From Octopus sinensis (lineage: Eukaryota): a stretch of 64,000 nucleotides of DNA. A program made the translations under genes and the position numbers. The first letter of the stretch is position 1, and each line of letters starts with the position of its first letter. The notes beneath the pieces are model-generated. The model ran no database searches. It saw only the letters and a list, made by a program, of their open reading frames with translations, and was not told the DNA's origin. This document shows, piece after piece, positions 35,950 through 47,713 of this stretch. The stretch covers positions 117,118,001 through 117,182,000 of the forward strand of contig NC_043001.1 in the NCBI RefSeq assembly GCF_006345805.1, written 5' to 3'.

Positions 35950-38280
35950 TCGTTTAACGTCCGTTCTCCATGCTAGCATGGGTTGGACGGTTCGACCAGG
36001 GTTCTGGGAAGCCAGAAGGCTGCACCAGGCTCCAGTCTAATCTGGCAATGTTTCTACAGCTGGATGCCCTTCCTAACGCCAACCACTCCGTGAGTGTAGT
36101 GGGTGCTTTTTACGTGCCACCTGCACAGGTGCCAGGCGGGGCTGGCAACGGCCACGGTCAGATTGGTGTATTTTATGTGCCACCGGCACGGAAGCCAGTC
36201 GAGGCGGTGCTGGCATCGGCCACGAGTCGGATAGTGCTTTTTACGTACCACCAGACCAGGGATCCTGGCTGGTTCAATTCGATTTCGATTTCGATTCCGC
36301 TTGCCCCAACATGTCTTCACAAGCAAAGGGGGTTGGCATGGGTGCCTGTCGTACGGTCGCATTGGAGTATTTTACGTGCCACGGCCGCGAGTCGGGTAGT
36401 GCTTTTTACGTACCACCAGACCAGGGATCCTGGCTGGTTCAATTCGATTTCGATTTCGATTGCCCCAACATGTCTTCGCAAGCATGGGGGGTTGGCATGG
36501 GTGTCTGTCGTCGGGTGAGGTTCTATATCGACTTCGCTTGCCTCAACCGGTCTTTGTGTCCAAGGGAGGAAAGGCATTCATAAGTGGGCTGGGCTCACTT
36601 GTCCTGCCTGGTCTTCTCACGTACAGAATATTTCCAAAGGTCTCGGTCGCTGGTCATTTCCTCAGTGAGGCCTAAAGTTCGAAGGTCGTGCTTCACCACC
36701 TCGTCCCAGGTTTTCCTGGGTCTACCTCTTCCACGGGTTCCCTCAACTGCTAGGGATTGGCACTTTCTCACACACCCATCTTCATCCATTCTCGCCACAT
36801 GACCATACCAGCGCAATCGTCTCTCTTGCACACCACAACTGATGCTTCTTAGGTACAACATTTCTCTCAAGGTGCTAACGCTCTGTCGAGTATGTACACT
36901 GACATTACACATCCATCAGAGCATACTGGCTTCATTCCTCACGAGCTTACGCATGTCCTCAGCAGTCACGGCCCATGTTTCGCTGCCATGTAGCATGGCT
37001 GTTCGTACACACGCATCATACAGTCTGCCTTTTACTCTGAGCGAGAGGCCTTTAGTCACCAGCAGAGGTAAGAGCTCCCTAAACTTTGCCCAGGCTATTC
37101 TTATTCTAGCAGTTACACTTTCAGCGCACCCACCCCCACTACTGACTTGGTCACCTAGATAACGGAAGCTATCAACTACTTCTAGTTTTTCCCCCTGGAA
37201 AGTGACGGAAGTTGTTTTCTGCAGATTTTCGGAGGTTAATGCTCCCGAGCATCTGCCACATACAAAAACTATCTTCCCAGTTAGCCTACCTTTGACATTG
37301 CTGCACCTCTTATGTGTCCATAGCTTACACTGGGTACATCTTATAGAGTTTCTACCTACACTTTTTCTACAGATCGAGCAGGGCCATCTTCCTGAAGATA
37401 TTTGTGGATTGTCTACCTTTCTACTTATTAGTACTTTGGTTTTAGCTAGGTTGACTCTAAGGCCCCTTGATTCTAAACCCTCCTTCCACACCTGGAACTT
37501 CTCCTCCAGTTCTGATAGTGACTCAGCAATAAGAGCAAGGTCGTCAGCGTAGAGGAGCTCCCAGGGACAGCCTGTCTTGAATTCCTCCGTAATTGCCTGG
37601 AGTACTATGATAAATAGGAGGGGGCTGAGTACTGAACCCTGGTGGACCCCAACCTCTACTTTGAATTCTTCTGTGTACATGTTGCCAACCCTAACCTTAC
37701 TTACGGCATCTCTGTACATGGCTTGCACAGTCCTCACCAGCCATTCATCTATCCCTAGTTTCCTCATTGACCACCAGATAAGGGATCGGGGGACCCTATC
37801 AAAAGCTTTCTCCATGTCAACGAAAGCCAGGTACAGGGGCTTATCTTTGGCTAGGTATTTCTCCTGCAGCTGCCTTACCAGGAATATAGCATCAGTGGTA
37901 CTTTTCCCTGGCACGAACCCAAACTGCATCTCATCTAAACTAACTCTCTCTCTAATTAGTTGGGCTATGACCCTCTCCGTAACCTTCATTACTTGATCCA
38001 ACAGCTTGATACCTCTGTAATTATTTGTATCTAGGGCATCACCTTTACCTTTGTAGCAGTTGACTAGTATGCTGCTGCACCAGTCATTGGGTATGACTCC
38101 TTCGTGTATCACCTGGTTGACTATACGGGTGACTAGGTTATAGCCGACACTGCCAGATATTTTGAGCATCTCTGCAGTAATTCCTGATGGGCCTGGGGCT
38201 TTCCCTGTCTTCATGCTTCTAATTGCCTTAGCTACCACGGAACTATCAACTCGGATAGCTGGTCCCTCTGTAGGGTCATG
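35950..38280 (-). mobile_element. 5'-truncated RTE-clade (RTE-X-like) LINE: complete RT domain, PHD-like finger, C-terminus and 3' UTR
   Basis: ORFs 36916-38238 and 36595-36912 are one frame split by a single TGA (SML*WMCN). RT motifs NYRGIKLL, QFGFVPGKSTTDAIF, FVDMEKAFD, GVHQGSVLSPLLF, LLYADD, YLG. C4HC3 finger at ~37250-37385. The 3' UTR ends GGAGAACGGACGTTAAACG. Confidence 0.95.
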
Positions 38281-38298
38281 GTATTATTTACATGTGGA

Positions 38299-38522
38299 GC
38301 TGGCAGAAACGTTAGCACGCCGGACGAAATGCTTAGCAGTATTTCGTCTGCCGCTACGTTCTGAGTTCAAATTCCGCCAAGGTCGACTTTGCCTTTCATC
38401 CTTTCAGGGTCGATTAAATAAGTACCAGTTACGCACTGGGGTCGATGTAATCAAATTAATACATAAGTCTGGCCTTGTTTGTCCACTCTATGTTTAGCCC
38501 CTTGTGGGCAATAAAGAAATAG
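38299..38522 (+). mobile_element. SINE-B, full length, young
   Basis: 18-bp TSD GTATTATTTACATGTGGA at 38281-38298 and 38523-38540. Confidence 0.92.
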
Positions 38523-39572
38523 GTATTATTTACATGTGGAAAGGCTGGTAGATTGGCAGAACCACTCTCGTGTTTAAGAAGATACTTTGCAGTATTTTAT
38601 GTGTCTCTTTATTTACAGTTTGAGTTCAAATTCCACCAGTCAGCTTTACTTTCATCCCACTGGAGCTGATAAAATAAAATTACCTATCAAGTACTAGAAT
38701 CAGTAGTATTGGCAACTAATAACATCTTTCAAAATTGCTGGCCTTAGTGCCTGAATTAGAAATTATTATCGTGTTTGTATGTCTCAGTGTATTAGAATCA
38801 ACTGTGTTTTGGTGGTAAAATAAATGTTTTAATCTCTTTTAATTACTTTTCAAAAAGTCAAAATAGCTTGAAATGAATTAGCTGAAGCCATTTCTGTATT
38901 AATTACTGTGAGAATTTAATTCTTAGAGCTGGGGACAAATTTTTTCTCACGGGATTTTGTTTCTTTTCTTTCTTTTTGTAGTTAGGTTCCAAGTACTAAA
39001 CTAAAATCTGTAAAAAGGATGCAGAGTATAAAAAAATAAACAACCACCAAACTAGATTCTTTACATTATCTATTTCAGTGTAATTTTTTTTTATATTTGT
39101 GGCTCCAAATTAGCTCTAATTGAGCTGACTTGTGATTAAAGATGTTTAGACTATTATCATTCCATTTCTTTTATTATTTTTATATTCGTTTAGGAATGGT
39201 GTACCCCTAATTACATAATCCACTGTTTTTTTTTTAAATTGGTGGTGAGAGAATTTTGGTTACTATTTGTTACAGCTCAAGTGACCATTTAGAGAGCTCT
39301 AGAATTGACTTTAGTTTTCTATATTAAATCTAATGGTGGACTAGATAATTAGAACCAACAACAAGCAGATATCAGTTAACTCCTTTGTTCTTTCGGTAAA
39401 AACTTTGTTGTTTAAAACTAGTCACCTAGTTTTTTTTGTTTAAAGTTATTTAAGTAATTACACCTTATTTTCTATTGCTAGATAAGAGCATTTATTTTGT
39501 TACACTATTCATAAGAGGAAACCAAGAATACTCACGATCATTATAATATTTCAAAATATAAAGAATATATAT

Positions 39573-40192
39573 CTTTTACTTGTTTCAGTCATTGGACTGC
39601 AGCCATGGTGGTGCACTCCCTGCAGGGTTTTCTCTTTAAAATTGACCCCTAGTACTTATTTTTAAGTCTGGCACTTAGTCTATAGGTCTCTCTATAACTG
39701 TCAAGTTATAGAGATGTAAACAAACCAACACTGGTTGTCAAGTGGAGTTAGGGGACAAATGCAAATACACTGACATGCACATGCATATACTATGGGCTTT
39801 TTTCAGTTTCTGTCTTCCAAATCCATTCACAAGGCTTTGGTCTGCCTAAGGCTATAGTAGAAGGTAAGGTGGCAAGCTAGCAGAAACGTTAGCGAGCTGG
39901 GCGAAATGCTTAGTGGTATTTCGTCTGTCGTTACGTTCTGAGTTAAAATTCCACCTCAGTCGACTTTACCTTTCATCCTTTCGGGGTCGATAAATAAAGT
40001 ACCAGTTTCGCACTGGGGTTGATGTAATCGACTTAATCCCTTTGTCTGTCCTTGTTTGTCCCCTCTATGTTTAGCCCCTTGTCGGCAGTAAAGAAATATA
40101 TAGTAGAAGATGACTGCCCAAAGTGCCATGCAGTGGGACTGAACGTAGAACCATGTGGTTGGGAAGCAAGCTTCTTAACCACACAACCACCC
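39573..40192 (-). mobile_element. SINE-A split by a nested SINE-B
   Basis: SINE-A continues on both sides (39573-39863 and 40099-40192). Confidence 0.85.
39864..40098 (+). mobile_element. SINE-B nested in SINE-A
   Basis: 11-bp TSD TATAGTAGAAG at 39853-39863 and 40099-40109. Confidence 0.9.
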
Positions 40193-42240
40193 CTATTTCT
40201 ACATGTTTCAGTTAATTTTGAAAATAAGAATTTTGGCAGTAAGTAGAATTAAAAGTGAAAAAAAATTGTATTAATATGCACATCAACAGGAATCATTCCC
40301 AATGTTTTTCAATCTGTTTGCAGCTTTAACATCTCTTTTTAAGTTCACAGAATTTTGTGTTGCAACATGTTTTACAAAATATTAACATGGTGATGAAGTA
40401 ATGCAGCAAGCTGGCTGAATTACTAGCATGCTTTACAAAATGCTGCTAAGCATTTTGTCCGTCTTTATGTTCTGAGTAATCGACTTACCCCTCTCCAAAA
40501 TTTACTGGCCTTATGCCAAAATTTGAGACCCTTTAGTATTCAGATTATTCTGTCAAATGTAATACTTATGTAATCAAATTGTTTTGAATTAATCATGCAA
40601 AGACATCGTAGTATTGAAATTTTGAAGATGTGATTGCTTATTCTTAGAATGACATTGTAGGATAAGTGTGCAAAGCCAGATCTGGCCAGTTTGAACACAG
40701 AACAAGTAGACTATTTTGGCTGGATATGGCCGGTTTAAATGCTAAAGGGTTAAGTGAAAACCGAGAAGTAAATATAAATTCAAAACATTAGTTAGTGTTT
40801 AAACTTCCTAAATTATTAAATTATTAAAATTCATAAATTATTCTAAACTGAAGTTCTTACTTGAAATCATAGAAGGTTTTAATATAATATGAGCATTTTA
40901 AATCAGCAGGTATTGTGTCACAGAGCGCAGGTAGGATGTCAAAACACTAATAACCCTTTCAATAAATGACTACCAATTTACACATTTAAAAATACATTTT
41001 TAACATTTCAGAGAGTTCTTGTAGCTTTGTTTTGTCTTTCTCTTCTTTCTTTGTATGTTTTTGGTCTTCAAGTTCCATAGCACCTTGGTTAATAATAACC
41101 GTTTTTGATTCCCAAGTGCTGGTGTGTAAGCTAATGAGCTGAGCACACATTCCAGTTTTCAATTATTCAATTTCTAATCATCATCATCCCTTTTTCCATA
41201 CTGGTATGTGTTGGATGGTTTGATAAGAACATATAAGCCAGAGCACTGAATCAGGTTCTATGTCTGTTTTGGCATTGTCTTTACAGCTGGATGTCCTTCC
41301 TAATGCCAACCACTTTACAGAGTGTACTGGGTGCTTTTTTTATGATGCACCAGCACCAGTGAGGTCACCAAGTACTCACAAGACCCCCTCGATTGAGTAC
41401 AGTATAGAATGGAGGGATAAGAAACTAATAGAGAGAAAGAAGCTGGTGTCATAACTCCCATACTCCTATTTCTTGAAGGTCAATTGAGTTAATTAACCAT
41501 TGATTAATCTTGCTAGTTGCAATCAGTTGAGCATGAAAATCAGAATTAGTTTCTCTTTTACCTCAACCTGTGAATGGTTACAATGATGAAATACAATATA
41601 TTTCTTGAAAGCAGCAAAAACCTATAAACTGTTTTGATGTTAACAAAACCTATGTAGCTGGTAAATAGCAAGTTTTCCTTTATGTGCAGAAACCAATTCT
41701 GATTTCTGAAGAAAATAATTGAAGGGAAAAGCTTTGAATAAATTAGAACCAGTGTTTTGAAAGAGTTTACATTCATTCATACTCGATGCTGTAAACAGCT
41801 GTGATTGTAATTGCTTTAAATGTACCTTCCTAGTTTCTGTATTTTTGAGTTTACTTTTTGAAAAAGTTATATACCATCCTCAGTTGGTGGTAGCATATCA
41901 GCTTTTACATGGATGTTAAAATTGAATAAATAAATACCTTCTAAAATTCTTAACTATTCTAAATTAGGTAGCTTTTGTTTAATATCTTTAAAATCACCTA
42001 TTTTGATTTTTAGAGAAAGAATCTGTATTATCGCTAGAAGCTCTCTTGGATGTTTACATAGTAGATTTTGTTCTAAAATAATTCAAAGCAAACAATGTTA
42101 ATTCAAATTTCTCCAATTAGATTTTTGATAAAGAGATTTCAGATTGAATGTAAGACAAATAGAGTTTCTAATCTTAAAGTCTCTCTGTTAAGTGCTATTT
42201 GGACATATTCAATTTATTGCCTTTATCCTTGTTTAGAAAA

Positions 42241-42623
42241 CAGGAGTGGCTGTGTGATAAGTAGCTCGCTTACCAACCACATGGTTCCGGGTTCAGTCCC
42301 ACTGCGTGGCACCTTGGGCAAGTGTCTTCTACTATAGCCCTTGGGTCGACTAAAGCCTTGTGAGTGGTTTTGGTAGACGGAAACTGAAAGAAGCCTGTTG
42401 TATATATATATGTGTGTGTGTGTGTGTGTATATGTCAAACTTCGCTTGACAAACGATGCTGGTGTGCTTACATCCCTGTAACTTAGCAGTTCGGCAACAG
42501 AGACTGATAGAATAACTATTAGGCATGCAAAGAATAAGTCTTGGGGTTGATTTGCTCGACTAAAGGTGGTGCTCCAGCATGGTCGCAGTCAAATGACTGA
42601 AACAAGTAAAAGCGTAAAGAGAG
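42241..42623 (+). mobile_element. SINE-A, full length, sense orientation
   Basis: CAGGAGTGGCTGTGTGATAAG head through GACTGAAACAAGTAAAAG tail. A degenerate antisense copy follows at ~42755-43000. Confidence 0.9.
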
Positions 42624-43563
42624 TCTGAGGTATTTTAGCTGCCTTGCATCTTTAGCAGTTATGAATTTTAATAATTTACAAAATTAGAATTTTAACTAAT
42701 GTCTTTAATTTATAGTCATGTTTCACTTATTGGTTTTTACTGATCTTTTATCTCTTACCTGTTTCAGTCATTGGACTGCAACTATGCTAGGGCATTGCCT
42801 TGCTGAACTGCTAAGTTATAAAGAATGTAAATAAACCAACACTGGTTGTCAAACTGATGAGAGACAAACACAAAGGCAAATACACACACACACGACTGAC
42901 TGCTTTCAGTTTCCAACTACCAAATCTGCTCAGGGCTTTGATTGGCCCCCAAGCTATTGTAGAAGACACCTAAGTTGCCATGAAGTAGGACTGAACCTGA
43001 ATGATTTTGTGTTAAAAAGTGAAGTTGGAGCTGCAAGCAGTTTGAAAGGCATTGAAAATAATTCCTGTTTAAGTGTAGATTGATACAAATCTTTTCACTC
43101 CTACTTAATGTTTAGAAAAAATTCTTTTCACTCCTTAAAGTGAAGCAATTTCAAAGGAAAAATATTTCAAATTGAGAGTAATTAGGTTGTAAAACTTGTT
43201 TCACGACCATTTTATTTCCTTGTTACATGACTATTATATTTTCTGTGTATTTTAAGTCAATGTTTCTCCCATGGAGTGGTAGTGATACTGTGAGGATTTA
43301 ATAAAATAAAAATGGTTTTAACCCTCTTGATACCATGTTTGAGACTGCCTCTGATATAAACTTCCTGTTTTAAAATGATCTAATGACTGAAACAAGTAAA
43401 AGATAAAAGATAATATTCTATTTATTTGTTCATGGAGGCTTGATACTGTCTATTTGAAAATCACTGTTTTTAAGTATCATAAATTGTATTTAAGACAATA
43501 GAATATTTAGTTTCACTTTCACATTTTCAAATGGATCATTACATAAATTTAATTATTTTTCAG

Positions 43564-43669
43564 TTTGCTGGTTTACATGAACGAACATGCCACCCAAGAT
43601 GCATTGGTTATAGGGGTAAATCAGTCAGAAAACCCCTTCAGGGACCAGAAGAGTTGTATTATATTATGA
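43564..43669 (+). CDS. GNG: G-protein gamma subunit, coding exon 2 (D/LLVYMNEHATQDALVIGVNQSENPFRDQKSCIIL*)
   Basis: The acceptor TTATTTTTCAG| at 43563 joins exon 1 in phase (GA+T = Asp). The D.L and NPF motifs of the GGL domain are present. The C-terminal CaaX CIIL predicts geranylgeranylation. Total 66 aa. Confidence 0.95.
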
Positions 43670-44512
43670 GCTGAATATCAAAATCTAGAGATGCATTTGT
43701 GTAAGTACTTTTTAATGTTATACTTTTATCATCATCATTATTTTACATCTGTTTTTCTATGTTGGTATGGGTGGGATAAAATTGCTCCAGCTTTGTTCTG
43801 TTGTGGTCCTTTGTCATTAGCTACACATAACTATAAAGAAAACCAATAATTTTTCTTGTTGTGTATGTCATCATTTTTGGTGTGTTTTTCTTTTTTGTAG
43901 GGTTGTTTTATATCTTTTGTGGGGTTGAATTATGTTATCTACCTATGGTTTTGTATATTTTCATTAATGCAAACATGAGTAAATGTTAAAAAGGGAGTAA
44001 AAGAAAATGAATTCCTTAGATCTGTCTGTCTGGCTTGTATAGTTAACCCTTTTACTGTGGAAATCAGATGTATCCACTGAAAATTTCATTACTCTGTAGA
44101 AAGCAGCCTATTTTTTGTTGAAGAATGTCATATTTGAACTATTTTTTGTTGAGAAAAGTCAAATTTATTGCAGAAAATATCAATTCTATTTTTTGGTAGA
44201 TATTCAACATCGTTACTGGAATAATCATGAAATTTATTTATACAGTTAAAGAGTTAAGAGTGTTAAATCTGAAATACAAGGAAAATGTTTATGGTCTATC
44301 ATTGGCACCGATTATTTTATTAGAGAACTTTTGGTAGAGTCTGTGTATGGGAGGTGAAGAGTTTAATTCTTTGGGATCTTTCTTTTGTCTGAGACTGACA
44401 AATGGAGAAATATTATTACCTAGGTTGTAAGCATTCTTTCAGTAGTATTCTGACAAAAACTATAATGTGAGTGATGATTATAAATCAGTTTTTATTTGTT
44501 TTCTATTTTCAG

Positions 44513-44940
44513 AAATGATTTATTTATCTGACTTACCACGACTTGTACATCATCTACCCGTGGCCTCCTGTGTTCAGTCCTCAAATGTTGCATTGCTCTA
44601 CAGATCTGGTCTACAGAATTCATCCTTTTCCCTACCTAAAACTCCACCCACCCAATTTTTGCCTAGTCAGGGGTTTAGGTTTCACTGCTGTTTTTTTTTT
44701 TATATTTAGTTTATATTTAACAATCATGATATTGCTACACTTGTGTAAACTGCTGTAGAGTGATTTATTTACTGTAAAACATTTTGTCAAAGTATATTTG
44801 AAATTTTCTCAAGTCTCCATTTGGTTCTAAATGTATAATTTTTTCCATTTTTAGAATGCTATTTTAGACGATTTGTGTCAGTATTAAAAAAATAACAAAC
44901 AAAAAAAAATAAAACAAACCCCAATTATTTATTAAAGCAA
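44513..44940 (+). other. Probable non-coding terminal (3' UTR) exon of the G-gamma gene
   Basis: Donor TGT|GTAAGT at 43701 and strong acceptor TTTTTATTTGTTTTCTATTTTCAG| at 44512. The sequence is repeat-free, with ATTAAA 44883, AATAAA 44908 and ATTAAA 44931, then a U/GU-rich tract. Confidence 0.6.
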
Positions 44941-45079
44941 TGTTCATCATACTTAATTTTTGTTGTTGTTAATCTTACTTTTGTATATTCATGCTTTTAG
45001 TTTGTTTTGATGTAATAATTAAAATGTAATTGTGATCATTAGCTTCAGTTTATTATTATTATTATTATTATTATTGTGA

Positions 45080-45360
45080 AGGCACGTGGCCTAGTGGTTT
45101 GGGTATTGCACTCATGATATCGAGATTGTGGGTTTGATTCCCGGACTGAGCAGCACATTGTGTTCTTGCGCAAAACACTTCATTTCACATCTCTCTGTGA
45201 TCATTTCAACTTGTGACGTCTGACACACTTGTGCACTTGTTCAGGGAATGTCGGTTTGATGAAGGGAGTGTACAGTGCATACATTGGATCACTATAAGCA
45301 AACCATTTGTGCAGGTCATTCAGCAATAGCTGAACACACATACATTGTCTTCAATGGGAG
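45080..45360 (+). mobile_element. SINE-G-headed element
   Basis: GGCACGTGGCCTAGTGGTTTGGG head and GTGTTCTTGCGCAAAACACTTCATTTC core. Confidence 0.7.
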
Positions 45361-45384
45361 TCCATCATCATCATCATCATCATT

Positions 45385-45745
45385 ATTAGTGTGCTGAGCA
45401 GAATGCTTAGCAGCATTTTGTCCATCTTTATGCTCTGAGTTCAAATTTCACCAGGGTCGATTTTTGTCTTTCATACTTTCGAGGTCAATAAATTAAATAC
45501 CAGTTGAGTACTGGGGTTGATATGATTGACTGTCCCCCTCCCCACAAATTCCAGGCTGTGTGCTTATAGTAGAAAGGATTATTATTCTTTCCTACTCGAG
45601 GTACAAGGCCCAAAATTTTTGGGGAGAGGACCAGTCGATTAGATCGACCCCAGTGTGCAACTGGTACCTATTTTATTGACTCCGAAAGGATGAAAGGCAA
45701 AGTTGACCTTGGTGGAATTTGAACTCAGAACGTAAAGACAGAAAG
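45385..45745. mobile_element. Two SINE-B copies tail-to-tail (+ 45385-45585, - 45590-45745)
   Basis: GAGTTCAAATTTCACC on + and GGTGGAATTTGAACTC on -, each with the TTTCAT.CTTTCG.GGTC.ATAAA core. Confidence 0.8.
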
Positions 45746-45747
45746 GA

Positions 45748-46110
45748 TACCTCTGCCTTAGCGAAGGCGGGGGTATTGTCTTCCGTCGTGTTTGTCCGTG
45801 GACAAAATATCTCAAGAACTGTGGGATGGATTTGGATGAAACTTTCAGGGATGTTTGGCCTCGTGACTGACATGAACTCATTAGATTTTGGGATCGATCC
45901 GGTACCAGACAAGGATTCTGGATTATTTTTCCGTTTTTTTGTTTTTACTTAATTTTTGAGAGCAGTTGGGTTCATTTTTAGTATTCTCATTTGTGAGAGC
46001 AGTCAAGTTTATTTCAGATATTATCATTTTAAAAATCATCTCCAGCTAATTGTTGAGAAGACATTGGTGCTGCCTTGGCAGAGGTTTGCGCTCTCTGAGT
46101 GCTCTTGTTG
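45748..46110 (+). mobile_element. Helentron-associated (HINE/DINE-like) non-autonomous element
   Basis: Sub-terminal inverted repeats ACCTCTGCC (45749-45757) and GGCAGAGGT (46077-46085). 3' hairpin GCGCTC-TCT-GAGTGC at 46088-46102, T-rich 3' end and a 5' GCCTT..AAGGC hairpin. Confidence 0.65.
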
Positions 46111-46959
46111 TTGTTATTTTGCTGTTTCAGTTTAAATTCAATGTTGTATACTCTCAAATATGGCTGAGAAACTTGCTTCACAATCATGCTGTTTTGAGTT
46201 CAGTTTCACTGTGTGGCAGCTTGGACAAATAAATGTCTTCTACTATATAGACTCCAGACTGATTAAGGCCTTGTAAGTGTATTTGGTAGACAAAAACAAA
46301 GAAATTTGTCATTTGTCTGTGTGTCTTTGTTTTGACATTGTTCACTAATTGTAAACAGATGCCTTTCATACAAGTGGTGTAGTTTGAAGTCTTCTAATGG
46401 AAACTTGTCTGGCTGTTATACTGTTCATTGTTCAAAGGACTAGGGAAATATCACCTTGAAACAGGTGATGGTTGGCAGCAGGAAGAGCATCCAGGCCATA
46501 AAACATCTGCATCATTGAATTTCATCTGACCCATGCAAGCATGGAAAAATAGATGTTAAAACAAGGCTGCTGATGACTCCCACTTATATTCATCTTATCT
46601 GTCACATTGTTCTGAATGAATGAACACATCATAGAATAACGAGCATTCTTTAATTTTATGGGGTACAAAACAACCCCACAAGTGATTCGTGGTAGGAATG
46701 GCTAAAACCATAGAAACCAACCCCAAACTGAAATGTGGTCCTCAAAACTGTCTTGGAGGAATTTAACTTTGCTGGAATATCTATGATCACAGGTCTGCTG
46801 AATCAAAGCTCGCCTAGAGTTTAAACTCTAACAAAAAATAGTAACCATTAACAATAGTCTTGTTTATATTAGTTTTCCTTGCAGTGTTGGTGAAGCAACA
46901 GAACCACCTGTCTCTCTGTTTCTGTTATTTAATTTTCCTGCGAAGCTCATCTTTTCAGA

Positions 46960-47713
46960 TGAAACCACCATGCATTTTGGGAGAAAAAACCCTGCGTCCA
47001 CATACTCCCTCCACAACACTGATATCAAGAAATCCTCTTGCGAGCGTGACCTAGGCATCACTGTCAGCAGTGATTTGCGTTGGACAAAGCATATCTCTAA
47101 AATTGTCAAGAAGGCCGAGGGTGTCTTGGCATCACTCAGCAAGACTTTTGTTAGCCGCTCTCCAGCCATCTATTTAAAACTGTATACAGCTATGGTACGA
47201 CCACACTTGGAATTCGCATCATCAGTTTGGAATCCCTATCTTGCTCAGAACATTGACTTCCTGGAATCTGTCCAGAGAGGCGCAACCAAACGCATACCCT
47301 CCATCAGACACCTACCATATTCTGAGCGCCTTGTTTCCCTGGGCATGGATTCACTGAAGCTCCGGCGTCTGGCGACGGACTTGGTAAACACCCACAAAGT
47401 TATCAACCACCTCACCAACAACAACACTGAACACCTTTTTGATCTCCATGTGTCTAACACACGTGGACATGCCTACAAAGTCAGAAAACAACACAGCTCC
47501 CATGACTTTCGGAAACATTTTTTCACGCTCAGAGTTGCTGAAGCATGGAATAAACTGCCTGTGTCAGTTGTTGACTGCCATGACACTGCATCCTTTAAGG
47601 CCCTCATGCTTTCCGAAATCCGCTGAAACTACACCTGATTATATATACACTTTAGATGAGTTGTAGTGCACCTGAGCACTGTACACAATTATTATTATTA
47701 TTATTATTATTAT
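46960..47713 (+). mobile_element. CR1-type LINE, 5'-truncated; uninterrupted 218-codon ORF2 C-terminus, UTR and (ATT)n tail
   Basis: ERDLGITVSSDLRW, LYTAMVRPHLEFASSVWNP, LESVQRGATK, TRGHAYK and FFTLRVAEAWNKLP motifs. Confidence 0.92.

Noticed and set aside
36100-36520. Repeat-spacer-like array (TGCTTTTTACGTGCCACC) resembling a CRISPR
   Set aside because: Spacing is irregular, the 'spacers' are related to each other, it lies in a LINE 3' UTR in eukaryotic DNA, and there are no cas genes.
37202-37996. Plus-strand ORFs of 116 and 139 aa
   Set aside because: They are antisense shadows of the LINE RT frame.
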